Shown here piece by piece: positions 20,616 to 31,516 of a stretch of DNA of 64,000 nt. The stretch comes from Methanotrichaceae archaeon (GTDB lineage: Archaea > Halobacteriota > Methanosarcinia > Methanotrichales > Methanotrichaceae). Under the pieces are notes generated by a model, which was given only the letters and a program-made list of their open reading frames with translations, had not been told where the DNA came from and searched no databases. Position numbers and translations under genes: made by a program. Location of the stretch: contig CAVWIG010000024.1 of NCBI GenBank assembly GCA_963754945.1, positions 1-64,000 on the forward strand. The letters are read 5' to 3'. The first letter of the stretch is position 1, and every line of letters starts with the position of its first letter.

Positions 20616-20744
20616 ACTTTTCTAAAGAGCTTCATCATTGGATACGCCTTCTCGATTGTCAGGTTAATGCTAGTCGAGGCCTGAAATCAGGCACCTGTTC
20701 GGACTCCAATCAACGTAAATAGCAACAGTGTCATATTATTTTGC

Positions 20745-22127
20745 ATGGCCGATGTGATCATCGTTGGTGCCGGGCCAGCGGGTATGTTCGCCGCCCTGGA
20801 GCTTTCCCGTTCCAAGGCTGACATCCTTGTGATCGACCAGGGAATGGATGTATCCGACCGCGTCTGTCCCATGAAGAAGAAAGATCACTGTCTCCACTGT
20901 GATCCATGCTCCATCATGTGCGGCGTGGGAGGAGCAGGAACTTACTCCGACGGCCTTTTGAACCTCCACCCTGCGATAGGCGGAGACCTTGAGCGTCTGG
21001 CAGGAGAAGAGGCCTGGAATCTTGTCGATGAAGTGGACTCGGCGTTTCTCAGGTATGGTGCACCCAGCATAACCCTGGAGCCTTCTGAGGATGAAGCAGA
21101 GTCGCTCAAACGAAAGGCTGCGGCTGCTGGTGCACGTTTCATACCCATAAGACAACGGCACATGGGCTCAGACAAGACGCCCTTGATCATCGAGGCCTTC
21201 GAGAGAGACCTGGAGCAGAAAGGGGTCAAATTCCTGCTTAACTCCAGAGTAACTGATCTCATCGTCGAGGAAGGAAGATGTAGCGGAGTCGAGCTGGCCG
21301 ATGGCACACAGATTAAGGCTCGGCGGACCCTGCTGGCTTTAGGCCGGATAGGTGCCCAATGGACCGGAGAGATCATCGACAGATACGGCATAAAGGCCCG
21401 CTACGGTCCTCTGGACGTCGGGGTAAGAGTGGAGGTGCCATCGGTGATAATGGACCCTGTCACCCGAATAAACAGAGACCCCAAATTTCACATTTTCACC
21501 CGGAGGTACGACGACTTTGTGCGGACCTTCTGCACCAACCCGGGAGGTTTCGTTGTTAAGGAAGAGTACCAGGAGTTCATCGCTACCAACGGCCACTCGA
21601 TGACTGATCAGCGATCGGAGAACACCAACTTCGCATTCCTGGTCCGCCTGGAGCTGACGAAGCCTGTGGAGGACACAACAGCCTACGGCATGTCCATTGC
21701 CAAGCTTGTCACCACCATCGGTGGAAGAAGGCCGGTCATCCAAAGGCTTGGAGACCTGCACAGAGGCCGCAGGTCCACAGAAGAGAGAATTGCCAGAAAC
21801 ACGGTCGAAAACACCCTCAAGGATGTTACTCCTGGAGACATATCCATGGCTCTGCCTCACAGGATAGTGATGGACATCATCGAGGGCCTGGAGATTTTAA
21901 ACCAGATCATGCCCGGGGTAAACGCAGACTCCACCCTGCTGTATGCTCCTGAGATTAAGTTCTATGCCCGCGAGGTTGAAGTGGACAGGAGCCTTCAGAC
22001 CTCCATTTTGGGGCTCTACGTTGCGGGAGATGGTGCAGGCCTGTCCAGAGGCATAGTAACCGCTGCGGCCACCGGAATCCTGGCCGGGCGGGGGATAGCC
22101 TCGGTTTTGACAGAGAAGATCGAGTAG
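20745..22127 (+). CDS. FAD-dependent oxidoreductase (COG2509-like)
   Basis: IVGAGPAG, GVGGAGTYSDG, RTFCTNPGG, GDGAGLSRG. Confidence 0.88.
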   Translation: MADVIIVGAGPAGMFAALELSRSKADILVIDQGMDVSDRVCPMKKKDHCLHCDPCSIMCGVGGAGTYSDGLLNLHPAIGGDLERLAGEEAWNLVDEVDSAFLRYGAPSITLEPSEDEAESLKRKAAAAGARFIPIRQRHMGSDKTPLIIEAFERDLEQKGVKFLLNSRVTDLIVEEGRCSGVELADGTQIKARRTLLALGRIGAQWTGEIIDRYGIKARYGPLDVGVRVEVPSVIMDPVTRINRDPKFHIFTRRYDDFVRTFCTNPGGFVVKEEYQEFIATNGHSMTDQRSENTNFAFLVRLELTKPVEDTTAYGMSIAKLVTTIGGRRPVIQRLGDLHRGRRSTEERIARNTVENTLKDVTPGDISMALPHRIVMDIIEGLEILNQIMPGVNADSTLLYAPEIKFYAREVEVDRSLQTSILGLYVAGDGAGLSRGIVTAAATGILAGRGIASVLTEKIE

Positions 22128-22237
22128 ATCGTCACGGTACTTCAAACCTTGACGACTTTCGATAATTCTCAATCTGTCCGATTAGCTGCACCAGGACCGA
22201 AGTTCGGCCTTCAAAACGTTTATGTGGTTGTAGCTGG

Positions 22238-25111
22238 TTGTCCATCCCGATGAAGAAGAGAGCTGATGATATCAAGAAAAAATCTGATCATACAAATAAA
22301 GGATCATTGGATACAAAGAATACAGATCAAGACAAATCCGCTGCCAAAGATCAAGAGGAGCTGGGCAACGAAGAGGGTTTGCGCATACCGCCCATGTACT
22401 GGTACCTTGGCCTTCTCGCCATCATGCTGTTCTCCATCTATCTACGCGCTGTGCTGCCGTGGAAAGCTGTGTTTGTAGGAAACAACACAGTGATGTTCAG
22501 CAGCGAGAGCGACGCATGGTACAACATGATGCTGGCCAAGAGCACGGTCTTGAACCTGCATCGCACATTCTACGATCCACTGACCAACTTCCCCTACGGT
22601 ACACCGATACACTTTGGACCCTTTGATAGCTGGGGCATAACAATCGCATCTTACATAGTGAGCCTGGGCCATCCCGCCTTACACACAGTAGATGTTGTTG
22701 GGGCCTTCTGGCCGGTCTTGATGGGAACTCTCCTGGTCTTGCCAGCTTACTTCATCGGAAAGGAGATTGCAGGAAGAGGTTGCGGCATCATAACCGCCTT
22801 ATTGACAGTGGTCCTTCCCGGTCAGCTCATCGCGCGAACCACTCTCGGGTTCATAGATCATCATGCATCGGAGATCCTGTTGAGCACCCTGGCCATGCTC
22901 TTCTTCCTCCTGGCCCTAGGCACAGGCAGCGGCTTGTCCTTGAACTCAATCCTGAAGCGAGACATGAACGTTATTAAGTATCCGCTCCTGTACACGATCC
23001 TGGCCGGCATCTCCATGGGCCTTTACCTGGACTCATGGCCCTTGGGGGTTATGTTTGAAGGGATACTCCTCCTCGCTTTAACCATCCAGAGCGTAGTGGA
23101 TCATATCAGAGGAAGGGATACGGAGTATCTGGGGATAATCGGGGGAATCGCTCTCTTCATAGCCCTGCTGATGATCCTTCCCTTCGCCAGCTCAGCAGAC
23201 GGATTTAACCTTAATAGATATTCTCTATTCCAACCGACAATACTTCTGCTAGGGATTATTTTCGCCCTAATCATCGCCGTTTTGTCGAAGTTGCTCAACC
23301 AGATGGGCCTGAACAAATACTACTATCCGGGATCAATTGCTGCGGTCATAATTCTGGGCTTTTTGGTCCTTAGTGTAGCCACACCACAATTTATGGGAAC
23401 GTTCATCTCCACGCTTATCACATATCTGTTCCCTAGAGTCGGTGGTGCTTCCACAGTAGCCGAATTATCTCCGATCTTCGCAAACAATGGGATCGACGCA
23501 AACTTCCCAGGGATCGTCAGCCTATTATCCCCCTTCTACTTCTCCGTTCTGGGATTGGCGCTGCTGTTATACCGATACGTAAGGCAGGAGAAACCCGGAG
23601 ATCTCCTAGTAATTGTGTGGAGCCTGTTTATTCTGATCTTAACCATAGACTCAAACAGGTCTGCTTATTACTATGCGGTCAATGTGGCTATCCTATGCGC
23701 TTACCTGGGCATAGAATTAGTCGATCTTGCGAGATTCTACAAAGAGATGAGAATTGAGCATATCATCCTCGGCATATTGCTTCCTTCGCTACTTCTGTTC
23801 ATCGTATTGAGCATATTCCAGGCACCTAACATGCTGCTGTTATTATTGGCAACAATAGTCCTGCCAGTTGCGGTGATGCTGCTCGTTTACGATTTGATGA
23901 AGAGGCCTCTGACAAGGAACGTGGAGATATCGTTGATACTGCTGATATCGACCATGCTATTCATATTCCCCAGCATGCCCAATTCGATTGCAGAGGCAAA
24001 GTACGCCAGCGGTCCGACTCCTGATTGGTACACATCATGCGTCTGGTTGATGAACAATACACCAAGTCCCGGCATGGACATATACACCATCTATCCCAGG
24101 CCACCAAACGGTCATCAGTATCCTTATCCTGATACAGCCTATGGGGTGATGTCCTGGTGGGACTACGGTCACATGATGGAGACCATAGGACACAGAATGC
24201 CTAACGCCAACCCGTTCCAGGAGGGCATAGGCAATGCTTCTGCCGGAATTCCTGGCTCGTCGCCGTACTTCCTAGCGGAAAATGAGTCTGCAGCGGAGAA
24301 GGTACTGACCAACCTGGACAAGAACAGGTCTATCTACCTGACTACTAAGTATGTGATGCCCGACATAGAGATGGCCATAAGCAAGTTCTATGCCATGACA
24401 TCCTGGAGCGACATTCCCTTCTCAAGATACTCAGGGGGAGCTTACCAACAACAGGGAACTCAACTGGTGCCCATTCAGCTCTACCTGCAGTCCTACTTCA
24501 AGACGATGGTCGCTAGACTCGAGCTCTTCGACGGCACCGAGACGCCCATTGGCGACGCTGTGGCAATAGCCTACCGACCAATGCAACTGCAGGATGGCAC
24601 TACGGTCCCTGTTATCACAGACCAGCCCAAAATCTCAAGGAATTACACCGAGCTTGAGGAGTTTGTAAACGCCAGCCGCGCCAAGGGCGATCTTGCCATG
24701 ATTGCCAGCAGAGATCAGCTAACGCCTGCCGTTCCCCTGGAGGCTCTGAAACACTACCGCCTGGTCCACGAGTCGGAGAATGACGTAATGCAGAGCGGCC
24801 TGAAGTGGGTCAAGACTTTCGAGCACGTGCCCGGAGCGGTGATAACAGGAGCCGCGCCCGCAGGGTCCACGGTCACCATAGCCGTGCCAATTATGACCAA
24901 CAGCAAGAGAGCCTTCATCTACCGGCAGTCCAACGTGTCAAACGGTCAGTTCACCCTTGTAGTTCCTTACTCAACTGAAGGGCCCATTGTCGGAGGCACT
25001 AATTTCGACACCAAACCGATAGGAGCTTATCAGTTGGTCGTCGGCGACAAGGCTTACGAGGTCAGGGTCCCTGAGGAGATGGTTTTGACCGGAGGAGTCG
25101 TCAAGGTATGA
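22238..25111 (+). CDS. aglB: Archaeal oligosaccharyltransferase (STT3 family)
   Basis: Many TM helices; ESDAWY, DHH, VAEL, SWWDYG, NANPFQ. Confidence 0.92.
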   Translation: MSIPMKKRADDIKKKSDHTNKGSLDTKNTDQDKSAAKDQEELGNEEGLRIPPMYWYLGLLAIMLFSIYLRAVLPWKAVFVGNNTVMFSSESDAWYNMMLAKSTVLNLHRTFYDPLTNFPYGTPIHFGPFDSWGITIASYIVSLGHPALHTVDVVGAFWPVLMGTLLVLPAYFIGKEIAGRGCGIITALLTVVLPGQLIARTTLGFIDHHASEILLSTLAMLFFLLALGTGSGLSLNSILKRDMNVIKYPLLYTILAGISMGLYLDSWPLGVMFEGILLLALTIQSVVDHIRGRDTEYLGIIGGIALFIALLMILPFASSADGFNLNRYSLFQPTILLLGIIFALIIAVLSKLLNQMGLNKYYYPGSIAAVIILGFLVLSVATPQFMGTFISTLITYLFPRVGGASTVAELSPIFANNGIDANFPGIVSLLSPFYFSVLGLALLLYRYVRQEKPGDLLVIVWSLFILILTIDSNRSAYYYAVNVAILCAYLGIELVDLARFYKEMRIEHIILGILLPSLLLFIVLSIFQAPNMLLLLLATIVLPVAVMLLVYDLMKRPLTRNVEISLILLISTMLFIFPSMPNSIAEAKYASGPTPDWYTSCVWLMNNTPSPGMDIYTIYPRPPNGHQYPYPDTAYGVMSWWDYGHMMETIGHRMPNANPFQEGIGNASAGIPGSSPYFLAENESAAEKVLTNLDKNRSIYLTTKYVMPDIEMAISKFYAMTSWSDIPFSRYSGGAYQQQGTQLVPIQLYLQSYFKTMVARLELFDGTETPIGDAVAIAYRPMQLQDGTTVPVITDQPKISRNYTELEEFVNASRAKGDLAMIASRDQLTPAVPLEALKHYRLVHESENDVMQSGLKWVKTFEHVPGAVITGAAPAGSTVTIAVPIMTNSKRAFIYRQSNVSNGQFTLVVPYSTEGPIVGGTNFDTKPIGAYQLVVGDKAYEVRVPEEMVLTGGVVKV

Positions 25112-25815
25112 AGCTCCTGGAGGAGATGAGCTGGCCGGAGATCGAGGCTGGGCTTAAAGAAACTCAGACCGTCATCCTGCCAGTGGGGGCGACCGAAGAG
25201 CACGGGCCCCACCTTCCCATCTTCACGGACACCATTCAGGCTGTGGAGGTGGCCAAAGGCGCGGCTCTCAAGAGGGACGTCTTTGTTGCCCCTCAAGTGC
25301 ACTACGGCGTCTGCCGCAGCACCAGGGGTTTTCCAGGGACCATAACCGTGAGCCACGATGCACTCAGGCTGTACGCTCACGACATACTCCTCTCCTTCAA
25401 TGACAGCGGTTTCCGGAGGGTGATGATCCTTACTGGTCATGCTGGGGGCCAGCACCTGTCAGCTTTGGAGGAGGCCTGCCAGATGGCAGCGTCGGAGCGT
25501 GACTTCCTGGTCAGCATGGTCTCCCTGTTCGACCTGATTGATACCCAAGCGGTAGAGGCCAAAGGAGACGGCCATGCAGGAGAGATCGAGACCTCGTTCA
25601 TGATGCAGATCAGAGGCGACCTGGTCAAGGGAAAGCCTGCAGCGCACTTCCCAGTCCGTCCAAGGTTCCTGGAGCTAAAAGACGTCAGACACCTGATGGG
25701 CAACGGCATCATGGGCGATCCAAGCCGGGCGTCTCAGGAGAAGGGCAAGACGTTCATGGATATGGCCGTTCAGGGAGTGCTGAAGGCCCTGGATGAGCTG
25801 GAGTCGTACAAGTAA
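25108..25815 (+). CDS. Creatininase-family amidohydrolase
   Basis: PVGATEEHGPHLP, GHAGG, GHAGEIETS. Confidence 0.88.
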   Translation: MKLLEEMSWPEIEAGLKETQTVILPVGATEEHGPHLPIFTDTIQAVEVAKGAALKRDVFVAPQVHYGVCRSTRGFPGTITVSHDALRLYAHDILLSFNDSGFRRVMILTGHAGGQHLSALEEACQMAASERDFLVSMVSLFDLIDTQAVEAKGDGHAGEIETSFMMQIRGDLVKGKPAAHFPVRPRFLELKDVRHLMGNGIMGDPSRASQEKGKTFMDMAVQGVLKALDELESYK

Positions 25816-25904
25816 CACAATTTCATTTTTATATCTTTTTCACAGCCGAAGGGCAGATTAAATATATGGTTTCGCCATAGTTGGCCTGCCTATGAGATGA
25901 TGCC

Positions 25905-27380
25905 ATGTTATCGGAAAGCGATGCAAGAGTTCTAAAAGCGATATCTGAAGGTTGCTCAAATCCTTTGGACATTGTCCACAAGCTCGGGATGAAGATCGAG
26001 GCGGTGCGAGCCTCAGCCGATGTGTTGAGCGAGCAGGGTCTGGTCAAGGTATTCAAATCTGTTGATGAGATCTTCAGACTAACAATAGAAGGCAGATTTT
26101 ATGCCCAAGATGGGCTTCCGGAAAGAAAGTTGTTCCAGTTATTAGGGTCAGGTAAGAGCATGGCCGATCTGAAGGACTCCGACCTTAAGATCAATGTGGG
26201 ATGGCTGCGCAAAAAGGGCTGGGCCACTATCCAGGAGGGCATGATCAAGCCGATGTGTGCGACGCCACCCAAAGGCAAGGACGAGGAGATCTTGGATATC
26301 TTGTTGCTGGTCGGACCGAAGAGTAGCGCAGATCTTGACGAAAAGGGCCTGGCAGCCCTCAAGAGTCGTGGGTGGGTAGATTCGAGCAAGAGCAAAGAAT
26401 GGCGTTATGAGATAACTCCGGAAGGCCGCAAAGCAGCCTCAGAGATGGGGGCTGATACAGTGGAGTCCATAGTCGACATAACTTCCGCAATGATAAAATC
26501 GGGAGAATGGGAGGGCAGCAATCTAAAATATAATGGCCGCTTCTACCGTGCCCGCCCTTATGACGTTACCTTAGCCTCAGACAAGACCTACCCCGGCAAG
26601 AAGCACCCATACCAGCGGCTTATCGACAAGATGAGAGAGATCATGCTGGAGATGGGGTTCACAGAGATTAAAGGAGAGATCATCCAGTCGAGCTTCTGGA
26701 ACTTCGATGCACTGTTCCAGCCGCAGGACCATCCAGCAAGGGAGATGCAGGACACCTTCTACCTGGATACAAAAGCAGAGATCCCCGATTTTACAAAAGT
26801 CAAGGAGATGCACGAGTGCGGAGGCAGTGTGGGCTCGACCGGCTGGGGTGGATGCTGGAGCCCTGACATAGCCAAGCAAGAGGTTCTCAGGACTCACACA
26901 ACATCGGTCACCATCCACTATTTGGCCGATCATCCCGAGCCGCCGGTCAAGGCCTTCGGCATAGACCGTGTTTACAGGCGAGAGGCTATAGACGCCACCC
27001 ACACACCGGAGTTCGAACAGCTCGAAGGGATAATCATGGATCGCGGCGTCACCTTCAGCAACCTCCTGGGTGTCCTTAAGGAGTTCTACGCCAAGATGGG
27101 ATTCGAGGAGGTCAGGTTCAGGCCGGGCTACTTCCCCTACACAGAGCCTAGCGTTGAGCCGGAAGTGTTCATAGACGGCCTGGGATGGGTGGAGCTGGGA
27201 GGAGCCGGTGTTTTCAGGAAGGAGGTTACAGCGCCCTTCGGGATAGAGCACCCTGTCCTGGCCTGGGGCCTGGGAGTCAGCAGGGTGGCGATGCTCAAGC
27301 TTGGCCTAAAAGACCTGCGACTGCTTTACCAGTCGGACATCCAGTGGCTGAGGGAGACTCCAATCTCAATAAAGATGTGA
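25905..27380 (+). CDS. pheS: Phenylalanine-tRNA ligase alpha subunit (archaeal)
   Basis: WNFDALFQPQDHPAREMQDTF, LRTHTT, YFPYTEPS. Confidence 0.97.
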   Translation: MLSESDARVLKAISEGCSNPLDIVHKLGMKIEAVRASADVLSEQGLVKVFKSVDEIFRLTIEGRFYAQDGLPERKLFQLLGSGKSMADLKDSDLKINVGWLRKKGWATIQEGMIKPMCATPPKGKDEEILDILLLVGPKSSADLDEKGLAALKSRGWVDSSKSKEWRYEITPEGRKAASEMGADTVESIVDITSAMIKSGEWEGSNLKYNGRFYRARPYDVTLASDKTYPGKKHPYQRLIDKMREIMLEMGFTEIKGEIIQSSFWNFDALFQPQDHPAREMQDTFYLDTKAEIPDFTKVKEMHECGGSVGSTGWGGCWSPDIAKQEVLRTHTTSVTIHYLADHPEPPVKAFGIDRVYRREAIDATHTPEFEQLEGIIMDRGVTFSNLLGVLKEFYAKMGFEEVRFRPGYFPYTEPSVEPEVFIDGLGWVELGGAGVFRKEVTAPFGIEHPVLAWGLGVSRVAMLKLGLKDLRLLYQSDIQWLRETPISIKM

Positions 27381-27389
27381 GGTTCATAC

Positions 27390-29021
27390 ATGCCAGTAGT
27401 CAGACTTTATTACGAGGATATGGAGGAGCTGGTGGGAGCCTCCAGGGATGTCATCATGGGCAGGTTGGCCATGATGGGAGCGGACATAGGCAAAAGGGCC
27501 GAAGAGGACCACGTGGACGTGGAGTTCTTCCCGGACCGGCCAGACCTTTACTGTTCAGAGGGAGTGGCCAGGGCCATGCGAGGATTCCTAGGGATCCAGA
27601 CCGGCCTGCCTGAGTACCATGTCAACGCCGGGAAGATCGTCCTCGAAGTTGACGAATCTGTCAAGAGCGTGCGTCCGATCATAGGGTGCGCTGTAGTAAG
27701 AGACCTCGAGTTCAACAACGCGGCAATCGAGTCGCTGATGGACCTTCAGGAGGACCTCCACTGGGGCCTTGGCAGGAACAGGCGCAAGGTCGCCATAGGC
27801 GTACATGACATCTCCATGGTCACTCCGCCTTTCAGGTACCTGGCATCGGACCCCGAGCGCAGGTTCGTGCCTCTGGACTTCACAGAGAGCCTTTCCATGA
27901 GAGAGATCCTGGAGAAGCACCCCAAAGGCATCGGCTACGGCCACATACTGAAGGGCTTCGATAGATATCCTTTGATTGTGGACGCGAACGACGAGGTCCT
28001 CTCCTTCCCGCCTGTCATCAACGGCAATCTAACCAGAGTCCAGGACGACACCAAGGACTTGTTCATCGACGTCACTGGCACTGATCCAGTGGTTTACAAG
28101 GCGCTCAACATTGTAGCCACAGCCCTTGCAGAGCGCGGGGGTAAGATCGAGAGCGTCCTGATCAGAGACACCAATGGTGACCGCATCTCTCCGGACCTAA
28201 GACCATCTAGTTGGACAGTGCAGGCTGAGGAGGCAAACCAATTGATTGGCTTCGACCTGTCCACTCCAGAGCTGGCCTCTTGCCTCGAGAAGATGAGGTT
28301 CGGCGCCAAAGCAAACGGACAGAAGGTTGAGGTGCTGGTACCGGCCTATCGTGCAGATATAATGCACTCGTGGGACATCTTCGAGGATGCCGCCAAAGGC
28401 TACGGCTATGAAAATCTGGCTGCCGATTTGCCCAGTACTGTAACCGTAGGAAAGCCCAATCCAATCGAGGCTCGCAAAGCTGAGATCCGTGAGCTTCTTG
28501 TCGGCCTGGGATATTTGGAGACCATGCCATTCACTCTTACAAACGAGGCGGTCCATTTCCAAAACATGCGCCGGGAACCTGAAGGAGCGACAAGGGTAAT
28601 GCATCCCATAAGCGAGCTGCATACGATCCTTCGGACTTCCATCCTGTCCAGCCTACTGGAGATCCTATCCTTCAACCAGCATCATCCTCTCCCCCAGAGG
28701 GTTTTTGCCGTGGGCGAGGTGGTTTTGGACAGTAAGACCAGGACAAGCCTTGCGGCAGCCTCAATTCACAGCTCCGCCAGCTTCTCTGAGATAAGGTCCC
28801 TGGCAGATGCCGTCCTGAGAGAGCTGATGTTGGAAAAAGAGTGCGAGATCAAGCCTTCAGAAGATGGTGCTTTTCTGTCCGGCCGCGGGGCTGATCTTGT
28901 AGCTGGTGGCAAAAAGATCGGATGCTTTGGAGAAGTTCACCCTCTAGTAGTTCGCAGCTTCGGGCTGGAGCAGCCTGTGGTGGCCATGGAGTTAATGATA
29001 GGTGATTTAGGCAGGTGCTAG
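27390..29021 (+). CDS. pheT: Phenylalanine-tRNA ligase beta subunit (archaeal)
   Basis: DRPDL, GRNRRKVAIGVHD, YRADIMH, FGEVHP. Confidence 0.97.
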   Translation: MPVVRLYYEDMEELVGASRDVIMGRLAMMGADIGKRAEEDHVDVEFFPDRPDLYCSEGVARAMRGFLGIQTGLPEYHVNAGKIVLEVDESVKSVRPIIGCAVVRDLEFNNAAIESLMDLQEDLHWGLGRNRRKVAIGVHDISMVTPPFRYLASDPERRFVPLDFTESLSMREILEKHPKGIGYGHILKGFDRYPLIVDANDEVLSFPPVINGNLTRVQDDTKDLFIDVTGTDPVVYKALNIVATALAERGGKIESVLIRDTNGDRISPDLRPSSWTVQAEEANQLIGFDLSTPELASCLEKMRFGAKANGQKVEVLVPAYRADIMHSWDIFEDAAKGYGYENLAADLPSTVTVGKPNPIEARKAEIRELLVGLGYLETMPFTLTNEAVHFQNMRREPEGATRVMHPISELHTILRTSILSSLLEILSFNQHHPLPQRVFAVGEVVLDSKTRTSLAAASIHSSASFSEIRSLADAVLRELMLEKECEIKPSEDGAFLSGRGADLVAGGKKIGCFGEVHPLVVRSFGLEQPVVAMELMIGDLGRC

Positions 29022-29108
29022 GACTTTTATTTTCAAGGCAGAATTAAAAACTGCCCTTCCATTTATTGGCCAACAAGGATATTAAAAAGATCAGACAATT
29101 AAGCTTTT

Positions 29109-29489
29109 ATGAAAGTCAGAGATCTGATGAGCTATCCCTTAAACACGGTAAGACCTGACGCCACTGTCCTTGATGCCATAAAGGCGATGGTAGATGGTAA
29201 AAAGGGAGGCATCATCGTCTGCGGAGAAGGCCTGCTCAAGCAGTGTCAAGGCATTGTAACCACTACCGAGATCTTCGAGAAGGTTTTGGCTGCCGGAGTC
29301 AATCCTAATGGGATAAAGATCAGCGATGTCATGACGCCTGCACCGCTGATAACCATAGGACCCAACGCGACAGTCAAGGAGGCTGCCGATCTCATGATTA
29401 AGTACAACATAAGAAGGCTGCCAGTAGTTGAGGATCGAGCCCTGGTGGGGATAATTACCAGCAAGGACCTTTTGAAGTGCGTGAAATGA
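29109..29489 (+). CDS. CBS-domain pair protein
   Basis: MKVRDLM, IRRLPVV, LVGIITSKD. Confidence 0.9.
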   Translation: MKVRDLMSYPLNTVRPDATVLDAIKAMVDGKKGGIIVCGEGLLKQCQGIVTTTEIFEKVLAAGVNPNGIKISDVMTPAPLITIGPNATVKEAADLMIKYNIRRLPVVEDRALVGIITSKDLLKCVK

Positions 29490-29814
29490 TGATCTTGGGT
29501 CGCTATTGTACTCTAAGAGCCTTGCATGCCCTATGGACCCGAAGCCTTCTTGATATTCCATCAACATATTATAGAGCAGCTGGTCATGTTCCACGATGAT
29601 CGGAAAGTGGTGATGCCTCCACTAGGATTGTCATGGGCTGGAAACGGCGAAGATCGACGGATCTCCAAGTTCTCGACCTTCCGATCCAGCTTGCTCAGGA
29701 TGGAGTAGTCCCTGTAGATGAGAAGACCACTGAGCCATTGCGATCTGTAGAATTGTTAAGCTCGGACCCAATTGCAACGGTCATGCGAGGTTTCAAATTG
29801 TTGTGAGGCTAGAG

Positions 29815-30810
29815 TTATAGGAAATCCACTAATTGGATTTCTTTGCTCATGTGCTCGGCTTTATCAAAAGTGGCCTTAGCTTCATATTCGAAGCCACTTT
29901 TCTCAAAAGCTACACCTTTATTGTGCCAGGCTTCAGCAAAAGCTTGGTTTAGTTGAATAGCTTTATCATAACTATTGATCGCCTCGTCGTATTTGCCTTG
30001 GCTGGAAAGAGCGTTGCCTTTGTTATACCACATATCCGCATTTTTCGGGATTTTTTCAATAGCTTTATTGTACGCCTGGACAGCCTCGTCGTACTTTCCT
30101 GTCTTATTGAGAGCTAAACCTTTGTCGTACCACGCTAGAGGGTAATCTGGAACGATCTCGATGGCTTTGTCGTATGCCTGGATGGACTGATTGTACTTTC
30201 CTAAAGTGTAAAGAACATTCCCTTTGTCCTTCCAAGCAGTTGCAAATTTGGAGTTAATTTCAGTGGCATTATCGTATGCCTTGATAGCTTCTTCTGAGTA
30301 TCTGATCCTATCTTGCTCATCACTGTTTATGTTGAACATCACGCCGGCCTGCATCGTGATGGCCCTGTCGCTGAGTGCGAGGCCTTTATAATACCAATTA
30401 TTGGCATCCTGTGGATCGGCCTTGATGGCGGTGTCGTATTTTTCGATGGCCATGTCGAAAGCTTTGAGCGATTCGTTGTATTCGTGTAAGTCGTGCCTGG
30501 AAATTGACAAATCCCTAAGCGTAAGACCCTCGCCATACCAGGCGCCCGCATTATCAGGGTTTATTTGAATCGCTTTATCGTAAGCTCTGTAAGCCTCATC
30601 ATAAGATCCTGCCCCAGCTAATATTAGCCCTTTATTATACCAGTAGTCTGCTTTATTTGAGGAGTAATCTGAAACATTCACCTGCGCCATAGCACAGGTG
30701 ATTAGTGCCACCAATGATATCATGGAGAGAACAAACTCGGCTACCAGCCTCGATTTCTTAACTCTTTCATTGGTTTGACAAACATTTACCAGCTCATAAT
30801 TTTCATTCAT
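29815..30810 (-). CDS. TPR-repeat protein with N-terminal hydrophobic/signal segment
   Basis: Multiple WY(N/D)KG..YDEA..YDKAI units; start placed at MNENY, uncertain. Confidence 0.8.
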   Translation of the reverse strand: MNENYELVNVCQTNERVKKSRLVAEFVLSMISLVALITCAMAQVNVSDYSSNKADYWYNKGLILAGAGSYDEAYRAYDKAIQINPDNAGAWYGEGLTLRDLSISRHDLHEYNESLKAFDMAIEKYDTAIKADPQDANNWYYKGLALSDRAITMQAGVMFNINSDEQDRIRYSEEAIKAYDNATEINSKFATAWKDKGNVLYTLGKYNQSIQAYDKAIEIVPDYPLAWYDKGLALNKTGKYDEAVQAYNKAIEKIPKNADMWYNKGNALSSQGKYDEAINSYDKAIQLNQAFAEAWHNKGVAFEKSGFEYEAKATFDKAEHMSKEIQLVDFL

Positions 30811-30976
30811 CAAATGCCTCTTTTTTCGGTATGCGACGAAGCACAAAACGTGGTTCAATCCTTACAGGATCTCAGATTCCTCCACGCTCACAAATAATGT
30901 GGACCTTGATCTACGGCATTTGACGAAACATCGTTCAATGAATATAAATTTTGCGGACTGGCATCAAAACCAATAA

Positions 30977-31165
30977 CTAGCGACTGTCATTCAAGAGATA
31001 ACAGAGAGACAAATAACAGAAACAAATGTTTGGGTCGGAAATTGGTTTTCCGCTTCCTAATCGCTTAAACCCATACCACTGCTGAAGCAACAACACCTTA
31101 AACATTAAAAACATATCAATGTTGGGTGGCCTAAGTATCAAATTTGTATCTTGTGCCAATAACAA
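30977..31165 (-). pseudogene. IS5-family transposase N-terminal remnant
   Basis: RPPNIDMFLMFKVLLLQQWYG resembles the IS5 GRP..D..LMFK.LLLQQWYG motif; then degenerates. Confidence 0.7.
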
Positions 31166-31234
31166 GAAGCACTCTAGCGACCATCTTTGTGATCGAAGTA
31201 AATCACCTCAAATATAGGCGTCACGCTATTCGAT

Positions 31235-31429
31235 TCAATCTGCTTGTTTCATCCATATCGTCAGCCCGTGGTTGTTCTTGGTTAAAGTAAATCCCAGCTT
31301 TCTGAGTTCAGATCTAGCATCTTGCGGACTCAATCCACAGGCTCGGGCTACCCGCTTTAGTTCTCCGCGGTCAAGGATCTGATCTCTTAGACCCGGCTTA
31401 CGTTTTAAATATTCCCTAACGGGTTTCAT
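31235..31429 (-). CDS. Small basic hypothetical protein, possibly HTH-like
   Basis: 64 aa; GGAGA RBS; lies downstream of conserved motif copy 1. Confidence 0.6.
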   Translation of the reverse strand: MKPVREYLKRKPGLRDQILDRGELKRVARACGLSPQDARSELRKLGFTLTKNNHGLTIWMKQAD

Positions 31430-31484
31430 GGTTTATCTCCAGACCATCTTGTCCATGTCAAATCCAGCTACACCGTAGCGTGAA

Positions 31485-31516
31485 TTGAACGATATTTAAT
31501 ATCTGGACCGAACGAA
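31485..31516 (-). promoter_or_regulatory. Conserved motif copy 1 (TTCGTTC-N14-ATATCGTTCAA) with TATA-like core
   Basis: Reverse complement ttcgttc ggtccagatattaa atatcgttcaa; 55 nt upstream of the ORF starting at 31429. Confidence 0.7.

Noticed and set aside
20439-20684. 81-aa ORF, and tRNA-Ile as an integration site
   Set aside because: The ORF overlaps the tRNA; no integrase or duplicated tRNA 3' end was seen, and flanking genes look like host genes.
30930-30938. ATCGTTCAA as a fifth motif copy
   Set aside because: Half-site only; no TTCGTTC at the conserved spacing.
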